Source of the DNA: an uncultured bacterium
GTDB taxonomy: Bacteria; CAYJRR01
Reading direction: 5' to 3'
Assembly: GCA_964372275.1 (NCBI GenBank)
Contig: CAYJRR010000016.1
Span: 1-48,874 of the forward strand
Length of the DNA stretch: 48,874 bases
The position numbers and the translations under genes are program-made. The notes beneath the pieces are model-generated. The model saw only the letters and a list, made by a program, of their open reading frames with translations, was not told the DNA's origin and ran no database searches. This document shows positions 39,765-48,874 of the stretch, in pieces. Each line of letters begins with the position of its first letter. The first letter of the stretch is position 1.

Positions 39765-40915
39765 CCGTGGAGCTGACGGTGGTGATCCCGTGCCTCGACG
39801 AATCGGACACCATCGCCGTCTGCGTCGACAAGGCGATGCGGGCGATGCGGGAGGCGGGGATCGCGGGCGAGGTGGTGGTCGCCGACAACGGTTCGACCGA
39901 CGGATCGCAGGCGCTGGCCGAGTCGCGGGGCGCCCGCGTGGTGAACGTTGCGCACAAGGGCTACGGCCACGCGTTGATGGGAGGGATCGACGACGCGCGC
40001 GGCACCTTCGTGGTGATGGGGGACGCCGACGACAGCTACGACTTCCTCGAGCTCGGGAAGTTCGTGGCGAAGCTGCGCGAAGGCTACGACCTGGTGCAAG
40101 GCTGTCGCCTGCCGTCGGGGGGTGGGACGGTCCTCCCCGGCGCGATGCCGTTCCTCCACCGGTGGTGGGGGAATCCGATGTTCTCGCTCTTCGCGCGGTG
40201 GTGGTTCCGCGCGCCGGTGAACGACGTCTACTGCGGGTTGCGCGGATTCCGGCGCGACTTCCAGCGTGGACTCGACCAGCGCTGCACCGGGATGGAGTTC
40301 GCGACCGAGATGATCATCAAGGCGAGCCTGTTCGGCGCGCGCATCGCCGAGGTGCCGATCTCCTTGCACCCCGACGGCCGCAAGAAGCATCCGCCTCACC
40401 TGCGGACCTTCCGCGACGGCTGGCGCACCCTCCGCTTCTTCATGATGTACAGCCCGCGCTGGCTCTTCCTCACGCCGGGAGTGGCGCTGGCGGTCGCCGG
40501 CGTCCTCGGCTACTGCCTGGCGCTCCCCGGCGTGTCGATCGGCGGCGCGAACCTCGACGCGCACACGCTCCTGTTCGCGAGCCTGGCGATCCTTCTCGGC
40601 CACCAGTCGGCGCTTTTCGCGCTGTTCACCAAGTCGTTCTCGGTGCGCGAGCGGCTGATCCCCCCCGATCCGCGCCTCGACCGTTTCTTCCGGATCGTCG
40701 ACCTCGAGCGCGGCATCGCGGCGGGCTTGCTGCTCCTCGTCGGCGGCCTGGGGCTCCTCCTCGCCGGAGTGAACGAGTGGAGGCTCGCCGATTTCGGCGA
40801 CCTCGACTATGCCCACACGATGCGGGTCGTGATCCCCGGCGCCACGCTGACCGCGCTCGGCTTTCAGACCGTCCTGGCGAGCTTCTTCTTGAGCATCCTG
40901 CGACTCGGCCGCTGA
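39761..40915 (+). CDS. GT2 glycosyltransferase (polyprenol-phosphate sugar synthase-like) with C-terminal TMs
   Basis: LTVVIPCLDE, ADNGSTDGS, GYGHAL, MGDADDSYD, GMEFATEM, HLRTFRDGWR; GTGA overlap. Confidence 0.92.
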   Translation: MTVELTVVIPCLDESDTIAVCVDKAMRAMREAGIAGEVVVADNGSTDGSQALAESRGARVVNVAHKGYGHALMGGIDDARGTFVVMGDADDSYDFLELGKFVAKLREGYDLVQGCRLPSGGGTVLPGAMPFLHRWWGNPMFSLFARWWFRAPVNDVYCGLRGFRRDFQRGLDQRCTGMEFATEMIIKASLFGARIAEVPISLHPDGRKKHPPHLRTFRDGWRTLRFFMMYSPRWLFLTPGVALAVAGVLGYCLALPGVSIGGANLDAHTLLFASLAILLGHQSALFALFTKSFSVRERLIPPDPRLDRFFRIVDLERGIAAGLLLLVGGLGLLLAGVNEWRLADFGDLDYAHTMRVVIPGATLTALGFQTVLASFFLSILRLGR

Positions 40916-41780
40916 CGCGCGACGTCGATCGAGGGCTCCCCGCGAACGACGCGGGCGGGCGCCGTCCGCAGGTCCCAGACGATTCCGAGCCACGAAAGCG
41001 CCCGCAGCGCGTAGTAGGCCAGGTCGACCTCCCACCAGAAGAAGCCCTGGTTCGCCGACGCCTGGTAGTGGTGGTGGTTGTTGTGCCAGTTCTCGCCCAG
41101 GGTGACGAAGAACAGGGCGGCGCTGTTCCGGCTGGTGTCGGTCGTCTCGTAACGTCGGCGTCCGAAGACGTGGGCGAGCGAGTTGATGGTGAACGTCCCG
41201 TGCCACAGCAGGACCGTCGAGAGGAAAAAGCCCCAGAACAGTCCGGTCCAGGAGAAGAGGACGAACAGGAGGATCGCGTAGAGCGTCGGCGGCACCAGGT
41301 GCCACCGGTTCAGCCAGCAAAGCTCCGGGAAGCGGGCGAAGTCGCGGATCGTCGAGGTCGGCGTCTCACCGTACTTTGGGCAGAGGATCCATCCGCAGTG
41401 CGCCCACCAGAATCCGCGCCGGGTCGGCGAATGGAGATCGTCCGGTCCGTCGGAGTGCCGGTGGTGGTTGCGGTGGTGCCCGGCCCACCACAGGACCCCC
41501 TTCTGCGCCGAGCACTCGCCGAGGAAGGCCAAGACGAACTGGAACGCGCGCCCGGTGCGGAAGGCGCGGTGCGAGAAGTAGCGGTGGAAACCGGCGGAGA
41601 TGGCGAACATCCGCAGGTAGTAGGAGGCGAGGCAGAGNNNNNNNNNNGTCCTTCCCACGAGAACCCGATCCAGAACGCGCCCAATGCGGCGACGTGGACG
41701 AGGAAGAAGGGGATCGACGAGACGAGGTCCACGCGTTCGGCGGAGGTGGGGGACGGTGCGGTGGCGGCGTGGAGGTCCAT
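40864..41780 (-). CDS. membrane fatty acid (acyl-CoA delta-9-type) desaturase, spans assembly gap
   Basis: His boxes HRYFSH, HHRNHH, ENWHNNHH. The N-terminus (MDLHAA...IPFFLVHVAAL) is in another frame across the Ns at 41638-41647. Confidence 0.9.
41638..41647. other. assembly gap (10 N)
   Basis: Run of n characters. Confidence 1.
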
Positions 41781-41840
41781 GTCGGCGTAGGAAAGCCGAC
41801 CGATGTCACCGCGCCGTCACCGTGCTAGCGTCCGCGGGTC

Positions 41841-43034
41841 ATGGGGTATCCGTCGCCGTTCCACGAGCGCTTCGTCGCGCTCAACGAGACGTGGAAATAC
41901 AAGGACTGGGCCGGAATCGTCTCCCCTTGCCGCTACATCGAGAACCACGTCTACGAATACACGGCCTTCCGCCAGTCGACGGGGATCATCGATGTCACCC
42001 CGCTCTACAAGTACGAGGTGCGCGGAAAGGACGCGGCGGCGTTCCTCGCCCGCGTGACCTGCAAGGACGTCGGAAAGCTCAAAGCCGGCCGCGTCACCTA
42101 CCTCTGTTGGTGCGACGACGACGGCAAGGTGGTCGACGACGGCACCGTCACCCGGATCGAGGAGGACTGGTTCCGGATGACCGCCGCCGAGCCGCAGTAC
42201 CGGTGGTTGAGCCTGCTCGCCAAAGGGTTCGACGTCTCGATCGACGACGTTTCGCGCACCACCGCCGCGCTCGCGGTGCAGGGTCCCACCTCGCGGGAGG
42301 TCCTGCGCGGATGCGCCGACGCCGACGTCGCCTCCTTGAAGTTCTTCGGGAGCATCGCGGGAAGGATCGGAGGGAAGCCGGTCCGCATCTCGCGCACCGG
42401 CTACACCGGCGACCTCGGATACGAGGTCTGGTGCGCCTGGAACGACGGGATTGCGGTCTGGGACGAGATCGTTCGCGCGGGCAAGGCGCACGGACTGGTC
42501 GCCGCCGGCCTCGACGCGCTCGACATGAGCCGGATCGAGGCGGGGTTCGTCCTGTTGGGGGTCGACTACTTCTCCTCGCCGACGGTGACCGTCCCGGAGA
42601 AGAAGTACTCGCCGTTCGAGATCGGGCTCGACTGGACGGTCGAGCTGGAGCGCGATCCGTTCGTCGGACAGGCGGCGCTCGCCGCGGAGAGGCGTAGCGG
42701 CGGCCCGAAGCGGGTGCTGGTGGGGATGGAGATCGACTGGCTCCACCTCGAGTCGCTCTACCAGGAGCACGACCTCCCGCCGCAGCTCCCGGCCGGCGCG
42801 TCGCGCGAATCGCTTCCGGTCTTCGTCAAGGGGGAGGTCGTCGGCCGCGTCTCGTCGAGCAGCTGGTCCCCGACGCTCAAGCGCTACCTGGCGCTGGGCA
42901 CGGTGCGCGCCGACCTGGCGCGCGAAGGGACGACGCTGGAGGTCGAGCACACCGTCCTGTTCCAGCGGAAGCGGGTTCGGGCCCGCGTCGTCAAGCGGCC
43001 GTTCTTCGATCCCGAGCGAAAGAGGAAGCCATGA
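41841..43034 (+). CDS. GcvT-family aminomethyltransferase-like protein
   Basis: IIDVTPLYKY, DDGKVVDDG, ALAVQGP, SRTGYTGDLGYE, RIEAG, PFFDPERK. Confidence 0.9.
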   Translation: MGYPSPFHERFVALNETWKYKDWAGIVSPCRYIENHVYEYTAFRQSTGIIDVTPLYKYEVRGKDAAAFLARVTCKDVGKLKAGRVTYLCWCDDDGKVVDDGTVTRIEEDWFRMTAAEPQYRWLSLLAKGFDVSIDDVSRTTAALAVQGPTSREVLRGCADADVASLKFFGSIAGRIGGKPVRISRTGYTGDLGYEVWCAWNDGIAVWDEIVRAGKAHGLVAAGLDALDMSRIEAGFVLLGVDYFSSPTVTVPEKKYSPFEIGLDWTVELERDPFVGQAALAAERRSGGPKRVLVGMEIDWLHLESLYQEHDLPPQLPAGASRESLPVFVKGEVVGRVSSSSWSPTLKRYLALGTVRADLAREGTTLEVEHTVLFQRKRVRARVVKRPFFDPERKRKP

Positions 43035-44617
43035 GGGCGTACGACGCGATCGTCGTCGGAGGCGGCCACAACGGGCTGACCTGCGCCGCGTACCTCGCGA
43101 AGGCGGGGCGCAAGGTGCTGGTCCTGGAGCGGCGACACGTCCTCGGCGGGGCCGCCGTCTCCGAGCAGATCCATCCCGGCTTCACCTTCTCCGCGTGCAG
43201 CTACGTGGTAAGCCTGCTCCGCCCGAACGTGATCCGCGATCTGGAGCTGGCGCGGCACGGGCTGCAGATCCTGCCCTTGGAGACGACGTTCAATCCGCGC
43301 CTCGACGGCCGCTACCTCCTGCGCGGGAAGGATCCGGAGACGACCTACCGCAGCATCGCCTCGTTCTCGCGCCGCGACGCCGAGACCGCCCCCCTCTTCT
43401 CGCAGGCGATGGCGGAGCTTTCGCGGATGGTGAAGCCGATCATCGACGGCCCCGCCCCCGATCCGATGTCGTTCAATCCGAGGGAGCTGTTCTCGCTGCT
43501 GCGCCTGGGGAAGGTGTTCAAGGACGCCGGGGAGGAGTTCCTCGCCGCGCAGCTCAAGATGGCGACGATGAGCGCCGTCGACTTCCTGTCGGAGTGGTTC
43601 GAATCGGAGGCGCTGATCGCGCCGATGAGCGCGAGCGGCATCATCGGGACGTTCCTCGGGGTGCGCTCCCCCGGCACCGCCTACGTGCTGCTCCACCATT
43701 ACATGGGGGAGATCGACGGTTCGTTCCGCGCCTGGGGACTTCCGCGCGGCGGGACCGGCGAGATCTCGATGTCGATCGCGCGATCGGCGCTGGCCTTCGG
43801 GGCGGAGATCCGCACCGAGGCGCCGGTGAAGCAGGTGCTCCTCCAGGGGGAGCGGGCGACCGGCGTGGTGCTGGAGAACGGGGAGGAGATTCGCGCCAAG
43901 ACGGTCGTCTCCGGTTGCGATCCGCGGCTGACCTTCCTGGGCTTCGTCGGCGAGAAGAACCTCGACGCCGAGTTCGCCGCCCAGATCAAGCGCTACAAGC
44001 TGCGCGGATCGTCCGGGAAGGTGAACCTGGCCCTCGACCGGCTGCCGTCGTTCAAATGCCTCCCCGGCGACGGTCCGCACCTCAAAGGGGACGTCACCTT
44101 CGCGCCGTCGGTCGACTTCCTGGAGAAGGCCTACGACGACGCCAAGTACGGCAACTTCTCCAGGCGCCCGTTCATGAACATCGTCTTCCCGTCGGTTACC
44201 GACCCGAGCGTCTGTCCGCCGGGGAAGCACGTGATGTCGATCTTCGTGCAATACGCCCCCTACCAGCTTGCGGAGGGGCCGGAGGGGTGGCCGGCGAAGC
44301 GGGAGGCGTTCGGAGACGCGGTCTGCGACATGGTCGAGGAGCTGTGTCCCGGCTTCAAGAGCTCGATCCTCCACCGCCACGTGCTGACGCCGTGGGACCT
44401 GGAGAAGACCTACGGACTCTCGGAGGGGAACATCTTCCACGGCGAGCTTTCGCTGGAGCAGCTCGCCTTCCTGCGGCCGGCGCCGGGTTTTGCGAGGTAC
44501 CGGACGCCGGTGCGCAACCTGTGGCTCTGCGGGTCGGGGGCGCACCCGGGCGGCGGGGTGATGGCCGCCCCGGGCTGGCTCTGCGCGAAGACGATGCTCG
44601 AGGAGCGGGCGGTATGA
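43031..44617 (+). CDS. phytoene desaturase-like FAD/NAD(P) oxidoreductase (PYROXD2-like)
   Basis: VGGGHNGL...LERRHVLGGA, SYVVSLL, GTAYVLLHH, GNIFHG, GSGAHPGGGV; ATGA overlap. Confidence 0.9.
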   Translation: MRAYDAIVVGGGHNGLTCAAYLAKAGRKVLVLERRHVLGGAAVSEQIHPGFTFSACSYVVSLLRPNVIRDLELARHGLQILPLETTFNPRLDGRYLLRGKDPETTYRSIASFSRRDAETAPLFSQAMAELSRMVKPIIDGPAPDPMSFNPRELFSLLRLGKVFKDAGEEFLAAQLKMATMSAVDFLSEWFESEALIAPMSASGIIGTFLGVRSPGTAYVLLHHYMGEIDGSFRAWGLPRGGTGEISMSIARSALAFGAEIRTEAPVKQVLLQGERATGVVLENGEEIRAKTVVSGCDPRLTFLGFVGEKNLDAEFAAQIKRYKLRGSSGKVNLALDRLPSFKCLPGDGPHLKGDVTFAPSVDFLEKAYDDAKYGNFSRRPFMNIVFPSVTDPSVCPPGKHVMSIFVQYAPYQLAEGPEGWPAKREAFGDAVCDMVEELCPGFKSSILHRHVLTPWDLEKTYGLSEGNIFHGELSLEQLAFLRPAPGFARYRTPVRNLWLCGSGAHPGGGVMAAPGWLCAKTMLEERAV

Positions 44618-46128
44618 GCGGCTTCGTGGTGATCGGCGGGGGGGTGAACGGCCTCGCGGCGGCGCTGGAACTGGCGCGCGCCGGGAAGAAGGTGCGGGTG
44701 CTCGAGGCACGCGGCGCCGTCGGAGGACTTTCGGCGCGGCGGCGGTTCGGCGACGGCTTCGAGCTCCCCGGGATCCGCCACGACACGTGCGAGATCCGGC
44801 CGGCGCTGGTCGACGCGCTCGGGCTCGGGTCGCGCGGCGCGGCGCTTCTGGCCGACCCCGTTCCGGTCTACGCCTGCGACGCCGGCGAGGGGCTCGTGCT
44901 CCACGACGACGCCGAGGCGGCGCGCGACGAGATCGCGCGGCGCTCGAAGAGCGACGCCGCCGCCTACGCCGCCTTCCGGGAGCGCCTCGCCCGGCTCCAC
45001 CCGATCGTCTCGACGCTCCTGGCGAAGATCCCCCCTCGCCTGCTCCCCGACGGCGTCGGCGACATGGCGGGGATGGGGGTGTTGGGACTCAAGCTGCGCG
45101 GACTCGGCCGGCACGACATGACCGAGGTGCTGCGCGCGCTGCCGATGTGCGTCGCCGACTGGATGCGCGAGCAGTTCGAGACCGAGCTGCTCTCGGCGAC
45201 GCTCGCCTTCCCGGCGGTGGCCGGGGACTTCGTCGGTCCGTGGTCGCCGGGGACCGCGGCGATGCTGATCCTCCGCGACGCGATGCTCGTGCCCGGGATC
45301 CGCGGCGGTCCCGCCGCCGTGGTCGACGCGCTGGCGAAGGCGCTCGGCGAGGTCGGAGGCGAGGTCCGCACCGGCGCGCGCGTGCGCCGGATCCGCGTCG
45401 AGCGGGGACGGGTGAAAGGGGTGACCTTGGACGGCGGCGAGGAGATCGCCGCCGACGCGGTGATCGCCGCGGTGAGCCCCAAGCTGGCGCTGACCGACCT
45501 TCTTCCGCCGCTGTCGCTGAACACGCGCGACGACGCCGCGGCGCGCGTGATCCGCAGCCGCGGAACGCTGGCGAAGGTTCACCTCGGGCTCTCCGAGCCG
45601 CCGGCGTGGCGCGGCCGGCCGGGGCGGCGCTTCGAGCGCGTGCGCGTCGGGGGCGCCCACCTCGACGACCTCGAGCGCGCCTTCGACGCGGTCAAGTACC
45701 GCACGCTTCCCGCCAAGCCGGTGCTCGACATCGCGGTCCTCGAGAGCCCCAGGCCGGCGCTTTCGATACTCGTCTCCGCCGTCCCCCGCGATCTCGACGG
45801 GGGCTGGACGGCGCAGGCGAGGGCGGCGCTCCTCGACGCGACGTTGGCCGTCCTCGAGACCGCCTCGCCGGGGATCCGTGGCCGGGTCGTCGCGAGCGAG
45901 GTGCTCTCCCCGGCCGACCTCGAATCCGAGTTCGGGATTCCCGGCGGGTCGATCCATCACGTCGAGCGCGCGCTCGACCAGTTGGCGTTCCTGCGCCCGG
46001 CGCGGCCGTTCGCCCGCTGCGCGACGCCGATCGGCGGCCTCTACCTCGGTTCGAGCGGCTGCCACCCCGGCCCCGGCGTCACGCTCGCCCCCGGCGTCCT
46101 GGCGGCGCGCTCGGCGATGGCCGGCTGA
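44614..46128 (+). CDS. second phytoene desaturase-like FAD oxidoreductase
   Basis: IGGGVNGL...LEARGAVGG, GSIHHVE, GSSGCHPGPGV; ATGA overlap. Confidence 0.88.
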   Translation: MSGFVVIGGGVNGLAAALELARAGKKVRVLEARGAVGGLSARRRFGDGFELPGIRHDTCEIRPALVDALGLGSRGAALLADPVPVYACDAGEGLVLHDDAEAARDEIARRSKSDAAAYAAFRERLARLHPIVSTLLAKIPPRLLPDGVGDMAGMGVLGLKLRGLGRHDMTEVLRALPMCVADWMREQFETELLSATLAFPAVAGDFVGPWSPGTAAMLILRDAMLVPGIRGGPAAVVDALAKALGEVGGEVRTGARVRRIRVERGRVKGVTLDGGEEIAADAVIAAVSPKLALTDLLPPLSLNTRDDAAARVIRSRGTLAKVHLGLSEPPAWRGRPGRRFERVRVGGAHLDDLERAFDAVKYRTLPAKPVLDIAVLESPRPALSILVSAVPRDLDGGWTAQARAALLDATLAVLETASPGIRGRVVASEVLSPADLESEFGIPGGSIHHVERALDQLAFLRPARPFARCATPIGGLYLGSSGCHPGPGVTLAPGVLAARSAMAG

Positions 46129-46148
46129 CCCCGGGCGGCCGCTGCACG

Positions 46149-46154
46149 TAGAAT
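46149..46154 (+). promoter_or_regulatory. -10 box TAGAAT, probable leaderless promoter
   Basis: 6 nt before the kinase ATG at 46161; no SD sequence. Confidence 0.45.
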
Positions 46155-46160
46155 CGCGAC

Positions 46161-48824
46161 ATGTCCGGTCCGGACGACGAGACCGTCGAGCGCACGCAGC
46201 GCCTCTCCGAGCCGACGCCGATCCAGTTCGACCGCGGGGCGACGCTCGGTCGCTACGTCGTGATCCGGCCGATCGCGACCGGCGGGATGGGCCAGGTGTT
46301 CGAAGGGTACGACCCCGACCTCCACCGCCGCGTCGCGATCAAGCTCCTCTTCGCGTCGACGAGCTTCCGCCACGATCTTCTGGTCGAGGCGCGCACCATG
46401 GCGAAGCTCTCGCATCCCAACATCGTCGCGATCCACGACGTGGGCACGCACGAGGACCGCGTTTTCCTGGCGATGGAGCTGGTCGACGGACCGACCGTCC
46501 GGAGCTGGCTCAAGGAGAGGCCCCGCACGCTCCGCGAGATCCTGCCGATCTTCCTCGAAGCCGGCCGTGGGCTCGCCGCCGCGCACGCCGCGTCGATCGT
46601 CCACCGGGACTTCAAGGCGGCGAACGTGTTGATCGGGAACGACGGACGCGTCCGGGTCACCGATTTCGGGATCGCGCACGCCGAGGGGGAGGCCACCTTC
46701 GCCGGCGCGCCGCTCCGGGCCTCTGGACGCGTCATCCGCGGCACGCCCGGATACATCGCGCCCGAACAGTTCGACGGGCGGTCCGATCACCGATCCGACC
46801 AGTTCGCCTTCTGCGTCGCCCTCTACGACGCGCTCCTGGGGGAACGCCCGTTCGGCGGAACGACGGTGGAGGAGTACGAGAAGAGGCTTCGCGCGGGGAT
46901 GCCGACGGCGCCGCCGGACGCGCGTCGCGTTCCGTCGTGGCTGTGGCGGATCCTGGTCCGCGGGCTGCGCGCCGATCCGAACGAGCGGTATCCGACGATG
47001 GATCGGCTGCTCGAGGATCTGGGCCGCGACCGCGCGCGGCAGCGGCGGCGAATCGCGCTCGTCGCCGGCGTCGCCGGGCTCGCCGCCCTCGCGATGGCCG
47101 GGAGCGTCGCCCGGCGCCGCTCGGTCGTCGCCGGTTGCGATCGCGCCGCCGCCGCCGCGCTGGCGCCGCTCTGGTCGGAGTCGATCCAGGCGCAGGCGGC
47201 GGAGGCGTTCCGAACGAGCGGCAAGGGGTACGCCGGCGCCGCCTGGGAACGCGTCGCCACGGTGATGGACCATTGGGCGGAGCGCTGGCGGCGCGAAGCG
47301 CGCGACTCGTGCATCGCCACCCGCGCCGACGGCCGCCAGCCGGTGGAGGTCGAAGCGCACCGGGCGACCTGCTTCACCCGGCAGCGAGGGGACTTCGCCG
47401 CGCTGGCGAAGCGGATCGGCGCGGCCGAGGGGCCGACCGTCGAGCGGGCGGTGAGCGCGGCATGGGCGCTCCCGCGGCCCGAGGAGTGCGATGCCGTCCG
47501 CGCCGCGGCGATCGCGAGCGAGCCGGCGCCGCTCGAGGCGCAACACGCCGTGCTCGGCGACGCCAGCGCGCTCTACTTCACCGGTCGCTACGCCGAGGCG
47601 CTCGGGTCGGCCGGAGCGGTGCTGGAGGCGGCGCGCGCCGCGGGAGACCGGCGGCTGGAGGCGAAGGCGGCGCTGCTTTCGGGCCGGATCCGCGAACGGA
47701 TGGGGAAGCGGGAGGAGGCCGAGCGCGCGCTGCTCGAATCGCTCTACGCGTCGATGGCGGTCGGCCACGACGAAGGGGTCGCCCGCGCCGCCACTCGCCT
47801 CGGATTCGTCGTCGGCGTCGCCCTGCGACGTCCCGATGAAGGGTCGCGCTGGCTGTCCCTCGCGGAGGCGGCCCTGCATCGACTGGGCGGAAACCCGGCC
47901 ATCGCCTCGGACCTCGCCGCGAACCGGGGTTCGCTGCACCAGGTCCAGGGGAACCTCGACGAGGCGCTCGCGCTGAAGCGAACGGCCGTCGAGCTGCGCG
48001 AAAAGGCATGGGGAGCGGGACACCCCGACGTGGGACACGCCCACTACACGCTCGCCTCCACGCTCAACGAACGGGGGGAGTTCGAGAACGCCGTCGACGA
48101 GTTTCGGAAGGCGCTCGCGATCTACGAGAAGGCCCTCGGGCCCGATCATCCCGAGAACATCCACAGCGTGCGCAACGGCGCCTTCGCCCTCACCGCCGCC
48201 GGCCGGTTCTCGGAGTCGATCGAATGGTGCCGCCGGCTGGTGGAGATCGCCGAGCGGAACTTCGGAGCGGCATCGCCGTCGGCTGCGGAGGCGCGCGGCG
48301 ACCTTGCCTGGGCGCTGGCATTGGCCGGCCGCGCCGACGACGCGATCGTGCTCGCGGAGCCGGCGCTGGCCGTGCTGGAGAAGGAGTACGGCCCGGAGGA
48401 CACGGCGCTGTTCAGCCCGTTGATCGCCCTGGGCGAGGCCCGAGGCGCCCGCGGGAACTGGAACGAGGCACGCGCGATGTGGGAACGTTGCGCCAGGATC
48501 GGCGCCGCCGGCGCCGGCTACCAGCAGGAGCTCGCCTTCTGCCTGACGGGACTGTCGCAGAGCCAGTTCGCGCTCGGCGCGGCCGTTCCCGCCGTCGCGA
48601 CCGCCGAGCGCGCGCTGGCGATCCGGGAGAAGCATCCGGGGAACGGGGCGGGCGACCTGGCCGCCACCCGCTTCGCGCTGGCGCGTGCGCTGCGCGCCGT
48701 CCGCCGCGACCCGGCCCGCGTCCGCGACCTCGCCGAGCGGGCGTTGGCCGAGTACGACCTCCTCCCCGAGCGGCGCGATCGCGCGCAGGCGATCCGGACC
48801 TTCCTCGCCGCGTCGTCCCGCTAG
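46161..48824 (+). CDS. Hanks-type Ser/Thr protein kinase with TM helix and TPR repeats
   Basis: GGMGQV, VAIK, HRDFKAAN, DFG, GTPGYIAPE, TM IALVAGVAGLAALAM, TPR motifs KAWGAGHPDV and KALGPDHPE. Confidence 0.95.
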   Translation: MSGPDDETVERTQRLSEPTPIQFDRGATLGRYVVIRPIATGGMGQVFEGYDPDLHRRVAIKLLFASTSFRHDLLVEARTMAKLSHPNIVAIHDVGTHEDRVFLAMELVDGPTVRSWLKERPRTLREILPIFLEAGRGLAAAHAASIVHRDFKAANVLIGNDGRVRVTDFGIAHAEGEATFAGAPLRASGRVIRGTPGYIAPEQFDGRSDHRSDQFAFCVALYDALLGERPFGGTTVEEYEKRLRAGMPTAPPDARRVPSWLWRILVRGLRADPNERYPTMDRLLEDLGRDRARQRRRIALVAGVAGLAALAMAGSVARRRSVVAGCDRAAAAALAPLWSESIQAQAAEAFRTSGKGYAGAAWERVATVMDHWAERWRREARDSCIATRADGRQPVEVEAHRATCFTRQRGDFAALAKRIGAAEGPTVERAVSAAWALPRPEECDAVRAAAIASEPAPLEAQHAVLGDASALYFTGRYAEALGSAGAVLEAARAAGDRRLEAKAALLSGRIRERMGKREEAERALLESLYASMAVGHDEGVARAATRLGFVVGVALRRPDEGSRWLSLAEAALHRLGGNPAIASDLAANRGSLHQVQGNLDEALALKRTAVELREKAWGAGHPDVGHAHYTLASTLNERGEFENAVDEFRKALAIYEKALGPDHPENIHSVRNGAFALTAAGRFSESIEWCRRLVEIAERNFGAASPSAAEARGDLAWALALAGRADDAIVLAEPALAVLEKEYGPEDTALFSPLIALGEARGARGNWNEARAMWERCARIGAAGAGYQQELAFCLTGLSQSQFALGAAVPAVATAERALAIREKHPGNGAGDLAATRFALARALRAVRRDPARVRDLAERALAEYDLLPERRDRAQAIRTFLAASSR

Positions 48825-48874
48825 GAGCCCGTCCGAGTAACCCAGCGATCGCTCCGGGTAGCGTCCCTCGCGTT

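Noticed and set aside
41310-41780. Apparent frameshift or pseudogene in the desaturase
   Set aside because: The frame change falls exactly on the 10-N scaffold gap, so it is an assembly artefact.
43031-46128. Carotenoid biosynthesis (crtI/crtO)
   Set aside because: No phytoene synthase or other crt genes nearby; coupling to a GcvT-like gene argues for another role.

Overview
This is a very GC-rich bacterial window (visually above 70% GC, not computed) from a scaffolded assembly, with a 10-N gap at 41638-41647. The gene content suggests Myxococcota or a related Deltaproteobacterial lineage, which is an inference from the TPR-tailed Ser/Thr kinase, CglB-like vWA lipoprotein, PilT and sigma54 promoters. 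About 38 CDSs are supported. Housekeeping and metabolic genes: acnA, agmatinase, tal, an Fe3+-type ABC transporter, mutM, gluconokinase, a GH15 hydrolase, a fatty-acid desaturase, a fused LeuC/LeuD-type hydro-lyase, and a GcvT-like protein with two phytoene-desaturase-like flavoproteins. Regulatory genes: an ECF sigma/anti-sigma/Spy-like operon and a Ser/Thr kinase. These are interspersed with orphan secreted proteins and lipoproteins. No rRNA, tRNA, CRISPR array, integrase or transposase was seen. Best novelty candidates: (1) an extended PilT translationally coupled to a cNMP-binding protein that ends in an Hfq/Sm-like domain; (2) two adjacent secreted orphans, each behind its own sigma54 promoter, one a divergent lytic-transglycosylase-like protein; (3) a polymorphic-toxin-like orphan after acnA; (4) a split flavoprotein/GcvT demethylase-like operon. 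All family assignments come from motif recognition by eye; no searches were run.
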